In this document: positions 6,654 through 8,293 of the stretch, one piece after another
How the letters are laid out: each line of letters begins with the position of its first letter
Position numbering within the stretch: position 1 is the stretch's first letter
Assembly: GCA_002794465.1 (NCBI GenBank)
Contig: MTSL01000160.1
Coordinates: 1-8,293, forward strand
DNA: 8,293 nt
Source of the DNA: Paramicrosporidium saccamoebae KSL3
Taxonomy: Eukaryota > Fungi > Cryptomycota
Direction of reading: 5' to 3'
Translations under genes and position numbers: made by a program
Notes under the pieces: generated by a model
Database searches by the model: none
Told to the model about the DNA's origin: nothing
What the model saw: only the letters and a program-made list of their open reading frames with translations

Positions 6654-7937
6654 CTAACAGGGTTTATTGGTCTTGCGGGGCGGTCGGAGATGATAGCCTG
6701 GAGTCCAAGGCCCAGAACCCATGTCGCCGGTCGCATAAAAGTCCATCCGATAAGATCCCATACTAAATGATTCTGTTGTCTGCAGCATCACATTCAACTC
6801 ATAGGGGGTCAGTAGTGGCACCCCAAAGGTGTAGCCCCAATCAATGCTTAGACGTGGACAGCTTGTTTGGATCCATGTCTGCACCGTTGAAAATTGCGCC
6901 AGCTGTTCGGGACGCACCTCGGACATTAACACCACTGTCGTCTGTTTCCCTGCTGCATGCAGTTTTGCAACAATGTCGGCGAGTACGGCGGGACTGCCCT
7001 GTCGTCCCAATGTGCCCAGGATTACCCCAAAATGCAAAGATGGACGGGCAGTCTCAATAGCATGACGACGGGTTTCCAGCATGAGCGCATGATCGTATTG
7101 TTCCTCAAAGACTCTTTTTGTGAATGGATCATAGCGGTATGCCGGAATGGCGGGATTTGCAATCATGGCCGCCTCCAGATGGAACCGACCGTCTGCAACA
7201 AACATCAGTGCGTCTGTTCCCGCGGGAAGACGGGGGGCAGTGCAACCTAAAACCTCGCCAGGCGACAGTGGACGGATTTGCGGTATATACAAGTCCATTT
7301 CTGTCACTTCGGCTTTGACGGCGTGTAAAAGCGATACATATTGCACCGTGGCCAACAATGCCACTCGACGACCCACAAAGTTTTGTCTCAGCACCGTCAA
7401 CAATGGCGCATGGGGGAGCGAAATTTCCACAAACACATACAGTGCTGGTACCCGCGTTGTCGTCACTGGTACGAGACAGCTGTGGCCGTAATGAATGATC
7501 AGCTGACAGTCCAACAGAAGGGCAGTAAAGTCATCAATGCAGCATGCACCATATGTTACATCCGCCAGAATCACCGTGTCTATGCATCCGCCAAACCGCA
7601 CCAAAATGTCGCTCAACACCAGAGCATACCGTTGGAAACCTTCTGGCAGCTGCAGGGCCACCCGTTGATATCCATTCTTCTGTATGTGCCACACGCATTT
7701 GTGCACCTCAAAGTTGTAGTTTGCCGGCAGGACGGCGATGGCTTCGTTGAGCGCTGCGTTATTCAAAATGTCCTCTGGTATCTGATTCAGAAACCGGCCC
7801 GATGGCGTGTTCTTTACCGGCACCAGTGCACAAGTCTCTTTGTCATTATCTTTTTTGCAGCAGCCGTCTCCACCACTGTTGCATGCCGTAAAAGTTTTTC
7901 GGTTCGGATCGGCTACTGATACCCGCACTGCCTCCAT
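6654..7937 (-). CDS. DPH1: 2-(3-amino-3-carboxypropyl)histidine synthase subunit 1 (diphthamide biosynthesis Dph1), 427 aa
   Basis: Dph1 motifs NQIPEDILN, LPANYNFEVHK, ALQLPEG, DVTYGACCIDD, HYGHSCLVP, QIRPLSPGEVLGCT, DGRFHLE, LGRQG and SCPRLSIDWG, with all three [4Fe-4S] cysteine motifs intact. The ORF track uses TTG 8027; ATG 7937 (AAGATGG context) is preferred. Confidence 0.95.
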   Translation of the reverse strand: MEAVRVSVADPNRKTFTACNSGGDGCCKKDNDKETCALVPVKNTPSGRFLNQIPEDILNNAALNEAIAVLPANYNFEVHKCVWHIQKNGYQRVALQLPEGFQRYALVLSDILVRFGGCIDTVILADVTYGACCIDDFTALLLDCQLIIHYGHSCLVPVTTTRVPALYVFVEISLPHAPLLTVLRQNFVGRRVALLATVQYVSLLHAVKAEVTEMDLYIPQIRPLSPGEVLGCTAPRLPAGTDALMFVADGRFHLEAAMIANPAIPAYRYDPFTKRVFEEQYDHALMLETRRHAIETARPSLHFGVILGTLGRQGSPAVLADIVAKLHAAGKQTTVVLMSEVRPEQLAQFSTVQTWIQTSCPRLSIDWGYTFGVPLLTPYELNVMLQTTESFSMGSYRMDFYATGDMGSGPWTPGYHLRPPRKTNKPC

Positions 7938-8041
7938 CTTGACCCCGGCACCATCGGTCTGGTAGTCTATTTGGGATGGACAACAGTGGGGAGGCAGAAT
8001 CAGTGATGAGCGTGTTAATTTTGTCAAGTTGTAGGGTGATG

Positions 8042-8059
8042 GCTTAAAGTAAAGACTCT
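8042..8059 (-). promoter_or_regulatory. Shared 18-bp upstream element, copy 2
   Basis: Identical to 6300-6317 and 105 nt upstream of the DPH1 ATG. Confidence 0.55.
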
Positions 8060-8084
8060 TTAGTGGGGTCCTTGGCCCGTAGAT

Positions 8085-8123
8085 GATATACTATTTTACA
8101 ATCTTACATATGGAACATAGACC
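8085..8123. repeat. Shared intergenic block B, copy 2
   Basis: GATATACTAT (10/10) and ATCTTACATATGG (12/13) versus copy 1 at 6570-6600. Confidence 0.45.
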
Positions 8124-8225
8124 GCTACACCAAAACACTGGGTTGTAAGACAGCAACCAGGATCATTACTCGTAGACGGATACTGTAACAAGTACAACTT
8201 TACATGCACACATTCATCGACCTGC

Positions 8226-8230
8226 AAAAA
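8226..8230 (-). terminator. RNA polymerase III oligo-T terminator of the tRNA
   Basis: TTTTT on the - strand 3 nt after the tRNA discriminator base. Confidence 0.7.
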
Positions 8231-8233
8231 GAG

Positions 8234-8293
8234 TGACCCATGCAGGGGTCGAACCTGCAATCTCCAGATTCGTAGTCTGGCGCCTTGTCCAAT
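8234..8293 (-). tRNA. tRNA-Arg(ACG), intronless, 5' end truncated by the window
   Basis: The minus strand reads ATTGGACAAGGCG-CCAGA-CTACGAA-TCTGG-AGATT-GCAGG-TTCGACC-CCTGC-ATGGGTC-A: D-loop GG, a 5-bp anticodon stem with ACG, a T-arm with B-box GGTTCGA and the acceptor 3' strand. There is no encoded CCA. An ACG anticodon (I34 after editing) is the eukaryotic norm. Confidence 0.93.

Noticed and set aside
7341-7919. 192-aa + strand ORF and other ORFs overlapping DPH1, NTE1, SCAMP and PTH2
   Set aside because: Antisense or alternate-frame shadows of well-supported genes, with no recognisable motifs.
7938-8027. TTG-initiated N-terminal extensions of DPH1 (also NTE1 1944 and ankyrin 6270)
   Set aside because: Artefacts of prokaryotic-style start codons in the ORF track. 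The locus is eukaryotic and downstream ATGs fit the homologues.
215-8293. Functional clustering (PTH2, DPH1 and tRNA in translation; PTH2 and NAS6 in proteostasis)
   Set aside because: Unrelated housekeeping genes in mixed orientation. Adjacency is explained by genome compaction, and there is no evidence of an operon or novel system.

Overview
Gene-dense eukaryotic DNA, fungal/opisthokont-like. The taxon is inference only: ~30-nt spliceosomal introns, 94-400 nt intergenics and shortened proteins would fit a compact-genomed early-diverging fungal lineage. The window holds five housekeeping protein genes and one tRNA. On the + strand are PTH2 (215-673), a five-exon SCAMP-family gene that the ORF track fragments (862-1870) and NTE1 lysophospholipase (~1965-5432). 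On the - strand are a Nas6/gankyrin-like ankyrin protein (5668-6255), DPH1 (6654-7937) and a tRNA-Arg(ACG) cut by the window end (8234-8293). I see no mobile element, no CRISPR array and no evidence of a novel multi-gene system. The most interesting signals are non-coding: an exact 18-bp element repeated upstream of both minus-strand protein genes, a second colinear shared block, related degenerate repeat arrays, and ultra-short GT-AG introns, one of them in-frame and stop-free next to an atypical SCAMP E-peptide.
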